Part shown: one piece after another, positions 29,481-39,344 of the stretch
Numbering within the stretch: the first letter of the stretch is position 1
Layout: each line of letters starts with the position of its first letter
Source of the DNA: Planctomycetia bacterium
GTDB taxonomy: Bacteria; Planctomycetota; Planctomycetia; Gemmatales; HRBIN36
DNA length: 64,000 bases
Direction: 5' to 3'
Assembly: GCA_016795155.1 (NCBI GenBank)
Contig: JAEUIE010000005.1
Location: 130,294-194,293 of the forward strand
Made by a program: the position numbers and the translations under genes
Notes under the pieces: generated by a model
What the model was told of the DNA's origin: nothing
The model's input: only the letters and a program-made list of their open reading frames with translations
Databases searched by the model: none

Positions 29481-31288
29481 GTTCCGCCAGCTTGAACTTT
29501 ACCAATGCCAGTCCGGGAAGCGTGGTTCCACATCAGAGGGCACTCTTTCGCAATCTGATGCAGCGTCTGTTCATCAACGGCATGAAGTTGATGGCGGAGA
29601 AGCAACGATTGCGACTCGTCTTGATTATTGTGCTTGGAACCGTCATCTGGGGCGGGCTGCTTTACCTGTTTATCGAAGGGTTTCAGTTTTTGCGGGGGTT
29701 TGATTTCAGCGGGAATGTCAGTCTGGGTATTACTGAATTGATCTTCGGGCTATTTTTCGTGTCCGTCACCGCACTGACATTATTTTCCACAGGTTTGATG
29801 ATCTATGGCAACCTGTTTTCCAGCCCGGAAACGGCGTTTCTGCTGGCATCACCGGCCCATGCCGACCAGGTCTTTGCGCATAAGTATCGTGAAACGCTGA
29901 TGTTCACCGGCTGGTCGTTCTTCCTGCTAGGTACGCCGATGATGATTGCGTTTGGCATCCTGTACGGAGCATCGTGGGTCTATTATGCTGTCATGCCGTT
30001 TTATCTTGTCGGGTTTCTGCTGTTACCTTCAGCAATCGGTGCCCTGGGCTGTCTGCTGATTGTCACGTTCCTGACCAAGAACCGCCGTGCAGTACTGATT
30101 GCGGTAGTGGGTGTCGTACTGGTCGTGGCCATTACCTGGCTTATTTCCGCACTGCAGGGAATGCAGCGTGATAGGGTTTCGCCGCAATGGATTGAAAAGC
30201 TGATTCAGCATATTCAGCCTACTCGCAATTCGCCTCCTGCCAGTTGGATGACGGAAGGGCTGGTTGCCCTGGTGCGCGTGAAGGGAAACGTAGCATTGCT
30301 GTGGAAGTCTGCCTGGGGAGACCGCGAAGAAATAGCACCGCTGATTGATGCACTCTATTACCTCGGTTTAGTCTGGGCCTATGGGCTGATGGCAATTCTG
30401 GTAGTTACGGTGCTGGCAACACGCTGGTATCGCCATGCTTATGATCTGGTAATGAGTGAAACCGGCGGGCGAAGAAAGTACCGTAGTTCATGGACCGATC
30501 ACATCGTTTCCGTGCTCTTGTCGTGGAGTGATGTTCGCACACGCACCTTTGTTCTGAAAGACTGGCGAATGTTCCGGCGTGATGTATCCCAGTGGGCCCA
30601 GGTGGTGATCCTCGGTGGCATCATGCTGCTTTACTGCATCAGTATTCCCCGGCTGCCTCACGGGCAGTATGGCGAGCGGGAAAGAGCTTTGATTGGTTTG
30701 TTGAATGTTGCAGTAACTGGTTTGATGATGGCAACATTTACCAGCCGTTTCGTGTTTCCACTGATGAGCATGGAAGGTCGCAACTTCTGGATATTGAGTT
30801 TGCTGCCCATCGAACGGGAAAGATTGCTGACGAGCAAGCTGGCTTATGCAGCGACGTTTACGACACTGATCAGTGTGACGCTGGTGTTCCTGAGTGAGAT
30901 CATGCTCCGGCTGCCTTGGCCCATTGTACTGACGCATCTGCTGGGAATGGCGACTCTGACTATCGGGTTGTCTGCACTTGCAGTGGGGCTGGGCGCTTAT
31001 CTGGTGAACTTGAAGGAAACCAACCCTTCGAAAATAGCGACCGGTTTTGGTGGGACTATTAATCTTCTCTGCAGTCTTGGGTATGCGATATTAGTAGTGC
31101 TGATGACATCCTTGGCGGGAGTCATTTACTACAGTGGCTCGATGCTGGCAGAGCATCAACTGGTTGATTTCAACAAGTTTGTGCCCTGGCTGGTGGTCAC
31201 TTTACTGGGTTTGGTAATACTGGGTGGCATTGCGATTGCAGTTCCCATGCGATTGGGCCGCCGGGCATTCCGTACGATGGAATTTTAA
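29477..31288 (+). CDS. polytopic membrane protein, putative ABC exporter permease
   Basis: ATGA overlap with the ATPase stop. 603 aa with about 12 TM helices. The architecture resembles the 'putative ABC exporter' permease family. Confidence 0.65.
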   Translation: MSSASLNFTNASPGSVVPHQRALFRNLMQRLFINGMKLMAEKQRLRLVLIIVLGTVIWGGLLYLFIEGFQFLRGFDFSGNVSLGITELIFGLFFVSVTALTLFSTGLMIYGNLFSSPETAFLLASPAHADQVFAHKYRETLMFTGWSFFLLGTPMMIAFGILYGASWVYYAVMPFYLVGFLLLPSAIGALGCLLIVTFLTKNRRAVLIAVVGVVLVVAITWLISALQGMQRDRVSPQWIEKLIQHIQPTRNSPPASWMTEGLVALVRVKGNVALLWKSAWGDREEIAPLIDALYYLGLVWAYGLMAILVVTVLATRWYRHAYDLVMSETGGRRKYRSSWTDHIVSVLLSWSDVRTRTFVLKDWRMFRRDVSQWAQVVILGGIMLLYCISIPRLPHGQYGERERALIGLLNVAVTGLMMATFTSRFVFPLMSMEGRNFWILSLLPIERERLLTSKLAYAATFTTLISVTLVFLSEIMLRLPWPIVLTHLLGMATLTIGLSALAVGLGAYLVNLKETNPSKIATGFGGTINLLCSLGYAILVVLMTSLAGVIYYSGSMLAEHQLVDFNKFVPWLVVTLLGLVILGGIAIAVPMRLGRRAFRTMEF

Positions 31289-31393
31289 GTAAACCCACAA
31301 ATGTATCTATTGGGTGATTTGGCACGGTTAGCGTGGGTACACGCAAACCGTGGCACCCGACTCGCATGATTTTTTTTATGGGCACTCTTTTCA

Positions 31394-31765
31394 TCAGGTT
31401 AATGCTTGCTGCTCATCAGCACGGCTAGCTGGTTGCCAAAGCATGGCCAGGAACAAGGCTGCCATGCCCAGGCAGGAGGGCACTACGCCACGAGGCCAGG
31501 TAAATACCATGATGAAGCAGGAAATGGAAAGAATCAGAAACACACTGAGTGACAGCAGGCGACCCCAATAAATGCTTTGAGGGGAATATCCTTGGTTGGA
31601 TGCAAAGACACCCAGGAAGCCCAAGCCAGTTGAAACAATGGCAAATGCAGGAATAAGAACGGGGAAATAGCCCACGTCGTGTTCCTCCCTGAACGGTGTG
31701 CGGGTCATCAGAACGGCAGGGAGATACCAAAGAGGGCGGAACTGTGGAAGGTCAGATGTCGGCAT
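31394..31765 (-). CDS. small membrane protein, hypothetical
   Basis: 123-codon ORF with three or four hydrophobic helices. Confidence 0.4.
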   Translation of the reverse strand: MPTSDLPQFRPLWYLPAVLMTRTPFREEHDVGYFPVLIPAFAIVSTGLGFLGVFASNQGYSPQSIYWGRLLSLSVFLILSISCFIMVFTWPRGVVPSCLGMAALFLAMLWQPASRADEQQALT

Positions 31766-31970
31766 TGGTGCACGGAAACTTGAGAAGTTTCCAATTCAAA
31801 TTGAATTGACAGGAAACACCACAGAATTCAGTTGCATTAAAGAGTTGCTTTATCATTCAATCAAAAGTGGATGTAACATCGATTTATCATCTTAACAATA
31901 ATTTGAGATGAAATGCTGAAAGTTCTTGAGTATTATGGGCAACAGTAGTCGGCGATAATCCAAGTCGAGA

Positions 31971-34958
31971 ATGTTGATGCTGGATGATAAAGGACGTTTC
32001 TCCATGATAAGCAACTCTCGCGATGAAAAATGTGAAATGAAACAGACTCTTATGGAAAAACAAGCCACTGAAATATCACAGATTACCACAACGCTGGATA
32101 ACGCTGATCTTGAACCTCAAAGTAATGAAAGAATACAAGGCAAATTTGGGCGTTATGAAATAGTTCGAATCATCGGCAAGGGAGGGATGGGGGAAGTGTA
32201 CTTGGCGCATGACACAGTGCTAGATCGCCAGGTGGCAATCAAGTTTCCAAAATTTCGTGGAACGGATATCGCCGCTCAGCGTGAACGATTCCGTCGTGAA
32301 GCCCGCGCAGCTGCAGCCCTGCGCCATTCTGGGTTATGTCCCGTGTATGACGTAGGTGAAGAGCAAGGACTCGATTTTCTGACGATGGCTTATGTGGAAG
32401 GTCCAACTCTGGCTGAATTGGTCAAAAGGAAGGGACCGTTGCCACCCCATGAAGCAGCGATTGCAATTCATCAAGTAGCCTCTGCAATGGCCTTTGCACA
32501 TGAACATGGTTTTGTTCATCGCGACCTCAAGCCAACGAACATCGTGATGGAAACGGAAACGCAATCAGCGATCGTATTGGATTTTGGGCTGGCTAAGCGG
32601 ATTTCGGGAGACAAACTGCCCGAAGAAAAACCGGTGGAAGAACCGATTACGAACGAAGGTGCAATCCTCGGAACTCCGGCTTATATGCCCCTTGAGCAAT
32701 ATACAGGAGATGTGGCACGCATCGGTCCTAGTGCAGATATTTACAGCCTGGGACTTATCCTCTTTGAATTGCTGACTGGAAAACGTGCGTTTCGAGACAA
32801 CCATGAAATGTTGCAATCAGCCGTTCGTGATGAAAAACTTCCATCACTCTTAACATTGCAGCCTGCTATTGATCCTGGACTCGAAGCAGTTTATGCACGA
32901 GCAAGTGCCAGGCTGCCGGAAGATCGTTATTCTAGTATGGCTGAGTTTGCGACAGCACTGGAACCTTTTTGTCAACACAAGGTGTCTTCACGATCGCGAT
33001 GGAAGATTGCATCGTTACTTTTGGGCACGGTGGCTGCTGCTGTACTTATTGGCATTATTATTTTCACATTTACTACCAGCGAGGGTTCGGTTCGTGTCGA
33101 AATCAGCGATGCCAAAGCCCCAGTAGAAATCAAACTAGATGGACAAATCATCCAACTGAACCTGGATGGCAAACCATTGAAAGTAAAACCTGGCAGACAT
33201 CAGTTTACAGTCAGTGGTAGCGGTTTTGAGACGACCACGACCGAATTTACAGCTAAAGCCGGAGAGCAGGCTACTGTCAAGCTTACCGTGCAGCCTCTTC
33301 CCGTTGCCAGAAATGACTTACCAGCTGAATCCAAAGAGAGCATGAAAGAAGTGGCACGCTTAACGATCCTGCTGGAGGAGGCACAACAACGAAATGACAA
33401 GCCAGGTGTCCTCCGTTATGCAAGTGAGTTGCTGTTGAATGATCCAAAGAATGAAGATGCCCTGCTTATTCGAGGCCAGTATCGTTTTGAAAGAAAAGAA
33501 TGGGATAAAGCCCTGATAGATTTCAATCAATGCCTGGAGGTGAATCCTAAGAATGCCAAGGCCTTATATCAACGAAGCATGACAAAATATCAAACAGGGC
33601 AGACAAAAGAGGCATTAGCAGGCCTTGATGCTGTTCTTCAAATTACTCCTGATTTTCATGAAGCAGTTCTCCAGAAGAGCTGGTTTCTAGGGTCAATTGG
33701 TCTTCATGAAAATGCACTCGCGCTGTGCAACCAGGCGATTGCCAAAAATCCAGAATCAGCAGAAGCCTTCTGGAAACGTGCCAGTATTCAATTTGCCCGA
33801 GGAGAGTACCCATCAGCCCAAGAGGATATGAAGGCCGCTATCGGGCTAGATGCCAGATTTCGTAATCAGTTTCCTGAGACCCTGCCTGATCCACCTGATT
33901 GGACACCCGGGGATACCACAGCACCAGAACTGAAAGAAATAAATCGCTGGTCCATCTCAAACAATCACTTCCATCACCACGTGCAGATCAAGCCAGATGG
34001 GACTCGAATGGCGATTGGTACCAATGGTGGTCATCTGTTTGTCCTGGATTTCCAAAAAGGCAATATTGTTTATGATCAGAGAAGATTATCGAAAATTAAA
34101 GCGACATTCAGAAGTGATAATCAGTTGATCTATTCGATCGAAAAAGCCACCCTGGAAACGGATAAGACCATACAAGCAGGTGTCTATCAGTTGGATTTGC
34201 AGACGGGCGAATCAGAGAGACTGTTTGACTGTTCAACCAATGGATATCCACACGCTTTAGCACTCAGCGATGATGAAAAAATGCTCGTGGTGGCTGGTTT
34301 TACGATCAAGCCTCACCTCTGGGATTTCTCATCACGCAAACTGGTTCGTACTCTGGATGATGCCGAGGGGGTTATAGAGGGTGCTGCCTTTTCCCGGGAT
34401 GGTCGATATGTATTCACTGCTGCTTGGGATGACCTTCAAAAGCCTGTACGGATGTGGGATGTTTCCACTGGAAAGGAAGTCAGACATTTCAGCGGGCATG
34501 TTGGTGGTAGTATTCATCTGGCAATTTCCAAAAAACGAGATCGAATATTGACATGTAGCGTACGTGATAGAACTGCGCGTCTGTGGGATGTTGATTCTGG
34601 AAAAGAACTCAAGAGATTATGTCATCCCACCGGTCTCGTCCGTGTCGCTCTTTCACAAGATGGACGTTACGCATTAACGATCAGTGGTTGGCGACACAAT
34701 CCAGATGGGTCGATCCATGCGCTTGAAATTAATAACCCATTTCCCAAAATATGGCCTAACCAACACGATAATATACTGCGTCTTTGGGATGTTGAAACTG
34801 GCCGAGTGATCGGACGATTCAAGGGTGGAAGTGCAGAGATGTATTCCATGGCCTTTACTCCCGATAGCAGTCAGGCAGTCGTTGGTTTTGATCGATCAAT
34901 AATCTATCTGGATATTGCAAGCGCGGTTAAGCAAGCTGCGGGAAACACATTGAAGTGA
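31971..34958 (+). CDS. Ser/Thr protein kinase with TM segment, TPR repeats and a C-terminal WD40-like beta-propeller
   Basis: GKGGMGEVYLA, AIK, HRDLKPTNIV, DFGLAK and the TM helix IASLLLGTVAAAVLIGIIIF. TPR block (ALLIRGQYRFERKEWDKALIDFNQCLEVNPKNAKALYQR...). WD-like repeats (VRMWDVSTGKEV, ARLWDVDSGKEL, LRLWDVETGRVI). Confidence 0.9.
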   Translation: MLMLDDKGRFSMISNSRDEKCEMKQTLMEKQATEISQITTTLDNADLEPQSNERIQGKFGRYEIVRIIGKGGMGEVYLAHDTVLDRQVAIKFPKFRGTDIAAQRERFRREARAAAALRHSGLCPVYDVGEEQGLDFLTMAYVEGPTLAELVKRKGPLPPHEAAIAIHQVASAMAFAHEHGFVHRDLKPTNIVMETETQSAIVLDFGLAKRISGDKLPEEKPVEEPITNEGAILGTPAYMPLEQYTGDVARIGPSADIYSLGLILFELLTGKRAFRDNHEMLQSAVRDEKLPSLLTLQPAIDPGLEAVYARASARLPEDRYSSMAEFATALEPFCQHKVSSRSRWKIASLLLGTVAAAVLIGIIIFTFTTSEGSVRVEISDAKAPVEIKLDGQIIQLNLDGKPLKVKPGRHQFTVSGSGFETTTTEFTAKAGEQATVKLTVQPLPVARNDLPAESKESMKEVARLTILLEEAQQRNDKPGVLRYASELLLNDPKNEDALLIRGQYRFERKEWDKALIDFNQCLEVNPKNAKALYQRSMTKYQTGQTKEALAGLDAVLQITPDFHEAVLQKSWFLGSIGLHENALALCNQAIAKNPESAEAFWKRASIQFARGEYPSAQEDMKAAIGLDARFRNQFPETLPDPPDWTPGDTTAPELKEINRWSISNNHFHHHVQIKPDGTRMAIGTNGGHLFVLDFQKGNIVYDQRRLSKIKATFRSDNQLIYSIEKATLETDKTIQAGVYQLDLQTGESERLFDCSTNGYPHALALSDDEKMLVVAGFTIKPHLWDFSSRKLVRTLDDAEGVIEGAAFSRDGRYVFTAAWDDLQKPVRMWDVSTGKEVRHFSGHVGGSIHLAISKKRDRILTCSVRDRTARLWDVDSGKELKRLCHPTGLVRVALSQDGRYALTISGWRHNPDGSIHALEINNPFPKIWPNQHDNILRLWDVETGRVIGRFKGGSAEMYSMAFTPDSSQAVVGFDRSIIYLDIASAVKQAAGNTLK

Positions 34959-35188
34959 GATGTCATCAGGTGAGGTTCAGATGATTTTGTTCACAAGTGA
35001 ATTTGTAAATACTGCAGAACGTTCGGACGTTGATCATCTAATATTTTGAACTCCTTCAGAAGTTATTAATAATAATAACGTTTCGCTCAATGATTGGTGA
35101 TCCCAGTTGGAATACGTTCAGCGTATGACCATACCATGGCTATAGAAATCAGGTAAATAACACGTCTTGAAACGTCATGAAAATGCAT

Positions 35189-35746
35189 TTACCTCATCAC
35201 CCGCTGCCGAATAATTGCCAGATGATGTTCTACATGGCCAGCAATAATATTGGCTAAAGCTGATACTGTCATGGAGTTGTTGTCGACCGTTCCGCGATTG
35301 ATAAACTGCTCAGTTCGCAATCTCGAAAACAGCATGATGTTCGCCAGCCGCAAACTGATCCATTCGTACAGAAGAGTGGGGATGGATACATTCTGGTACT
35401 GCATGCCTTCGACCAGGATGTCCTGATCGAAGCCGGGCAGAGGAGTGGTGTCTCCAGCAGCGATGCGGGCAGCACGGTAGCCAAAGACACGTTCTCCATC
35501 GCCCAGGTGGCCCAGAACCTGCCTGAGGTTCCACTTCCAGGGCGAGGTCACTTCCAGCGATGCTGATTCGCTCATGTTTCCGAAAAGTTGTTGCATCTGA
35601 TCAATCTGGCTGACGAGCATGGAACCAGCCTGGCCGGAAGGAACCAGTTTGATGTAGCGAAGAAAATATTCGTTGCAGTCACCTGCTGCTGGATAGGGGA
35701 TAGCAATCTGTGGCAGAGAATCCAGAGTGAATGCAAACGGTTTCAT
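35189..35746 (-). CDS. DinB-family (DinB_2-like) four-helix-bundle protein
   Basis: LGHLGDGERVFGYR and IAGHVEHHLAII histidine motifs with the spacing typical of the DinB superfamily. Start placed at MKPFAF. Confidence 0.6.
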   Translation of the reverse strand: MKPFAFTLDSLPQIAIPYPAAGDCNEYFLRYIKLVPSGQAGSMLVSQIDQMQQLFGNMSESASLEVTSPWKWNLRQVLGHLGDGERVFGYRAARIAAGDTTPLPGFDQDILVEGMQYQNVSIPTLLYEWISLRLANIMLFSRLRTEQFINRGTVDNNSMTVSALANIIAGHVEHHLAIIRQRVMR

Positions 35747-35811
35747 GATGTCGGCTCCCATTACCTTGCCAATGAAAAAGCCCCAGCAATTACTGCAAGG
35801 GGCAAGGTCAA

Positions 35812-38800
35812 TTACTTCTTGGGATAAGGAGGAACCTTGGGTATCTCTTTGCCCTTGGTTTTGATTTCCTCGAGCATGAGTTCGATGGCCCGATCGAGTT
35901 GTGCATCCTTGCCTGTATATTCCTCAGCAGGGTCATTATCGACCACGATGTCAGGATCAACGCCATACCCTTCCATGATCCATTCCTTGCCTTCGCGATC
36001 GTACCGGCTGAACTCAGGACGATTAAGTGTGCCACCATCCAGGAGAGGCAGCGTACCTCGGATGCCAACAACGCCGCCCCAACTTCGCTTGCCGATGAGC
36101 TTGCCCATGCCGTAAGTCTTGAAACGGTAGGGGAAGATATCGCCATCGCTGGCGGAGAACTCATTGAGCAACATGCACTTCGGGCCAACGTGCATACCAC
36201 CTGGATCGGTGTTGGGAGTACCATTGCGGGTGATGCCGACCATGACCAGTTCTCGGCGAAGGCGTTCGGTGATCATGGGGGAGACATTGCCGCCGCCGTT
36301 GCCTCGATCATCAATGATCAGAGCTTTCTTGTTCAACTGCGGATAATACTGCCTGGTGAACTGGTTCAGGCCATTCTGCAGCATGTCGGGGATGTGCAGG
36401 TAACCAACCTGGCCACCCGTTTTCTCTTCCACATACTTGCGGTTGCGTTCTACCCAGGCGTGATAACGGATTTCGCTTTCATCGCTGAGTGGCGTCACAA
36501 TCACTTCGCGGGCGCCTTCTTCCTTTGGTTCCTTGTTGATCTTCAGCACCGTCGGGCGACCTGCGGTACCCATCAGGGCGATGTTGGGGTTCACCAGATC
36601 TTTGACTGCATAGCCATTGATGCTGAGGATGTAATCCCCTTCCTTGATGTTGGAGTTGTTTTCGGTAAGTGGTGAACGAAGGCGGCTAGACCAGTTGGCG
36701 CCGGGAACCATTTTGCCGATTTGCAGCGTGCCAGCCTTGGCATCCTGTTTCAGTTCAGCTCCAAGGAGGCCCATCGGTATCTTGTTAACCGCAGGCAGTT
36801 CGCCACCACCCACATAGGCATGGCCACAGTTCAACTCACTGATCATTTCGCCGATGATATAAGTCAGATCAGCACGATGCTGAACATGTGCGACCAGCGG
36901 TTCATATTTCTTCTTCATGGCTACCCAATCGACGCCATGGAGATTGGGATCGTAGAAGAAATCGCGCATCTGTCGCCAGCATTCGTTGAACATCTGTTTC
37001 CATTCAGCCTGACGGTCGAGCCGTACTTCCAGCCCATCGAGCTTGAGTGTTTCTCCACCAGGAGGGATGGGGCCTTTGGGCAGATCAATGATGCTGTAGC
37101 TGCCTGGGCCACGGGAGATCAACATCTTCTTGCCATCCGCACTGATTTCATAGCCATTGATCTGGCCGAGCGCTGTTTCCTTGGGAGCGGGTGCTGACAG
37201 ATCGAAGACATGGAGTTGACCAGCGCGCGTGTAGTAGACGCTACTGCCTACCGATTGCATGTTGCCGTAGTTGCCGGGAGCAATGGGTAAGCCCAGTGTG
37301 CGTTCGATGATTCCATCGAGTTCGATCTTGGTGATTTCCGGCTTTTTCTCTTCGGGCTTCTTGTCCTCAGCCTTTTTCTCTTCAGGCTTCTTGTCCTCAG
37401 CTTTCTTTTCTTCCTTGATGGTGACTTCATCGCTCTTGGGAGCAAAAGGTGAAACAGTTGCCTTGGCTAATGTGGTGAAGTAAATGCGATTGGTATTGGT
37501 ATAGATGTGGTTGAATTCGGTCTGACCGTACGTGGGGTTGAAATCGCGAGCGGAGACGAAAAAGAGATACTTGCCATCACCGCTGAAGCAAGGGCCTGCT
37601 GAATTGTAGAAGGCTTCCGTGACAGGCGTCGATTTGCCATCAGCCAGGCTGCAGAGGTAAACCCTGCTGAATGCTCGAACTTCGGGGAAGGTGTAGGCAA
37701 TCCAGTTGGAATCAGGCGACCAGACGAAATCATGCATCTCAAAGGAGTCGGCTTTGACGACCTGCTTTACCTGCTTGCTCGCAATATCCACATACTGGAT
37801 TCGCTGTTGTCGATCAGACCAGGCGATCTTCTTGCTGTCGGGTGACCAGAGCAGTTCATATTTGTAAACGTTGCCGCCGGTGGTGATGGCAACAGGTGCA
37901 CCACCTGCCTGAGGGAAGAGGACGATTTCATCTTCACCACTGGCATCGGAAACTGCAGCAATCCACTTGCCATCGGGCGACCACTTGGCATTGCGTTCAT
38001 GCACTCCAGGAGTGTTAGTCAGGTTTCGTGTAGGACCATTCTGAGCAGGAACGGTGAAGAGATCGCCACGTGCGCCGAGCAGCGCACGTTTGCCATCGGG
38101 GCTGATTTCAAACTGGATCACGTTGTTCTTGACCGAAATCAGGCCGCCACGACCGCTGCTGAAATCTTCATTGAGTTGTACCGGAATCTTGTCCAGCTTT
38201 TCGGTTTTCAGATCGAACTTGTAGAGATGGCCACCGTTTTCAAAGACAACAGCATTATCACCCAGGCTGGGGAACTTGATGTCGTAATCGGTGAACTGGG
38301 TTAACTGTTTGGTCTCCTTGGTCTTCGGATCAACGCGGTACAAATTGACTTTCTTGTTGGCGTCACGATCCGAGATGAAATAGACCCCAGTGCTGTGGAA
38401 CATGGGGAAGGTATCGAGAGCGCCGTTATTGGTCAGGTTCTCGATTTTCTTGGTGCCAATGTCGTAGAGCCAGACATCGTCTGCCATGCCGCCACGGTAG
38501 CGTTTCCAGGTACGGAATTCACGGAAGATGCGGTTGTAGACAAATTGCTTGCCATCGGGTGAGAAGCTACCGAAGCCGCCACGGGGCAGGGGCATGGGTT
38601 CAGGCAAATGACCATCGACATCTACCAGAAACAGTTCGCCAATGAAATCGTTGAAGCTCTTCATGCGGCTGCGGAACAGGATTCGTTTGCCATCGGGATG
38701 CCAGGCCATCACGATGTTATTGGGGCCCATGCGGTCGGAGACTTCATCGCGACCCAGCGTGGCAGTGTAGGTTAATCGCTTGGGAACGCCACCCGCGGCA

Positions 38801-39075
38801 GACATGACATAGACTTCGGTGTTGCCATCGTACTGGCCTGTGAAGGCGATCCACTTGCCATCGGGCGAGAAGTGGGGGAACATCTCAAAACCATCGTGGC
38901 TGGTGAGCCTTCGGGCAGTTCCACCGCTGGCTGGCACGCTGTAAAGGTTGCCTGCGTAGGTGAAAGCAACAGTATCCCCATGTATGGTGGGGAATCGAAG
39001 CAAACGGGCTTCCTGCGCCTGTGCCGATGAAAAACTCAACGCGAATGCCATCAGAACCAGAAATGAACGCAACAC
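35812..39075 (-). CDS. tricorn protease homolog (S41 peptidase with beta-propellers and a PDZ domain)
   Basis: Signal peptide, then LLRFPTIHGDTVAFTYAGNLYSVPASGGTARRLTSHDGFEMFPHFSPDGKWIAFTGQYDGNTEVYVM. Repeated TolB-like propeller blades. A C-terminal S41 catalytic region (IDDRGNGGGN...ASDGDIF). Confidence 0.88.
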   Translation of the reverse strand: MLRSFLVLMAFALSFSSAQAQEARLLRFPTIHGDTVAFTYAGNLYSVPASGGTARRLTSHDGFEMFPHFSPDGKWIAFTGQYDGNTEVYVMSAAGGVPKRLTYTATLGRDEVSDRMGPNNIVMAWHPDGKRILFRSRMKSFNDFIGELFLVDVDGHLPEPMPLPRGGFGSFSPDGKQFVYNRIFREFRTWKRYRGGMADDVWLYDIGTKKIENLTNNGALDTFPMFHSTGVYFISDRDANKKVNLYRVDPKTKETKQLTQFTDYDIKFPSLGDNAVVFENGGHLYKFDLKTEKLDKIPVQLNEDFSSGRGGLISVKNNVIQFEISPDGKRALLGARGDLFTVPAQNGPTRNLTNTPGVHERNAKWSPDGKWIAAVSDASGEDEIVLFPQAGGAPVAITTGGNVYKYELLWSPDSKKIAWSDRQQRIQYVDIASKQVKQVVKADSFEMHDFVWSPDSNWIAYTFPEVRAFSRVYLCSLADGKSTPVTEAFYNSAGPCFSGDGKYLFFVSARDFNPTYGQTEFNHIYTNTNRIYFTTLAKATVSPFAPKSDEVTIKEEKKAEDKKPEEKKAEDKKPEEKKPEITKIELDGIIERTLGLPIAPGNYGNMQSVGSSVYYTRAGQLHVFDLSAPAPKETALGQINGYEISADGKKMLISRGPGSYSIIDLPKGPIPPGGETLKLDGLEVRLDRQAEWKQMFNECWRQMRDFFYDPNLHGVDWVAMKKKYEPLVAHVQHRADLTYIIGEMISELNCGHAYVGGGELPAVNKIPMGLLGAELKQDAKAGTLQIGKMVPGANWSSRLRSPLTENNSNIKEGDYILSINGYAVKDLVNPNIALMGTAGRPTVLKINKEPKEEGAREVIVTPLSDESEIRYHAWVERNRKYVEEKTGGQVGYLHIPDMLQNGLNQFTRQYYPQLNKKALIIDDRGNGGGNVSPMITERLRRELVMVGITRNGTPNTDPGGMHVGPKCMLLNEFSASDGDIFPYRFKTYGMGKLIGKRSWGGVVGIRGTLPLLDGGTLNRPEFSRYDREGKEWIMEGYGVDPDIVVDNDPAEEYTGKDAQLDRAIELMLEEIKTKGKEIPKVPPYPKK
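37340..37415. repeat. 30-bp tandem repeat (about 2.5 copies) inside the tricorn-like CDS, encoding a Lys/Glu-rich linker
   Basis: ggctttttctcttcgggcttcttgtcctca (37340-37369), gcctttttctcttcaggcttcttgtcctca (37370-37399), and a partial third copy. It translates on the minus strand as KKAEDKKPEEKKAEDKKPEEKKPE. Confidence 0.85.
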
Positions 39076-39223
39076 GCAAAACTCCCGACAGGTTAGGCGA
39101 TTGACATACTTCTGTCAGGATAAGACGATGAGTCCAGTGCTGGCAACGGGGAAATGGTACAGTTTGCGAGAATGAGAGATTGGGGAGAAGCACCGCGTGA
39201 AATTGATCGATTGTCAGGCTGTT

Positions 39224-39263
39224 TATACACATTTATACACGGGTATACACGAAACCGTGTATA
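39224..39263. promoter_or_regulatory. candidate operator: three TATACAC direct repeats phased at 10 bp plus one inverted copy
   Basis: TATACAC at 39224-30, 39234-40 and 39244-50. Inverted GTGTATA at 39257-63, forming the perfect palindrome TATACACG-aaac-CGTGTATA. The site lies about 150-190 bp upstream of the tricorn-like start at 39075. Confidence 0.4.
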
Positions 39264-39296
39264 TAAGGAATCGAATGCTGAAAAACAGCCTGAAAC

Positions 39297-39328
39297 AAAC
39301 CAAGCCGGGTTATTGCCCGGCTTGGTTT
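39297..39328 (-). terminator. intrinsic-terminator-like hairpin after the DUF1573 gene
   Basis: aaaccaagccggg ttattg cccggcttggttt: a 13-bp stem and 6-nt loop, 17 nt downstream of the stop at 39345. The flanking A and T tracts make the hairpin symmetric, so it could act in either direction. Confidence 0.6.
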
Positions 39329-39344
39329 GAGTAATTTGGTATGC

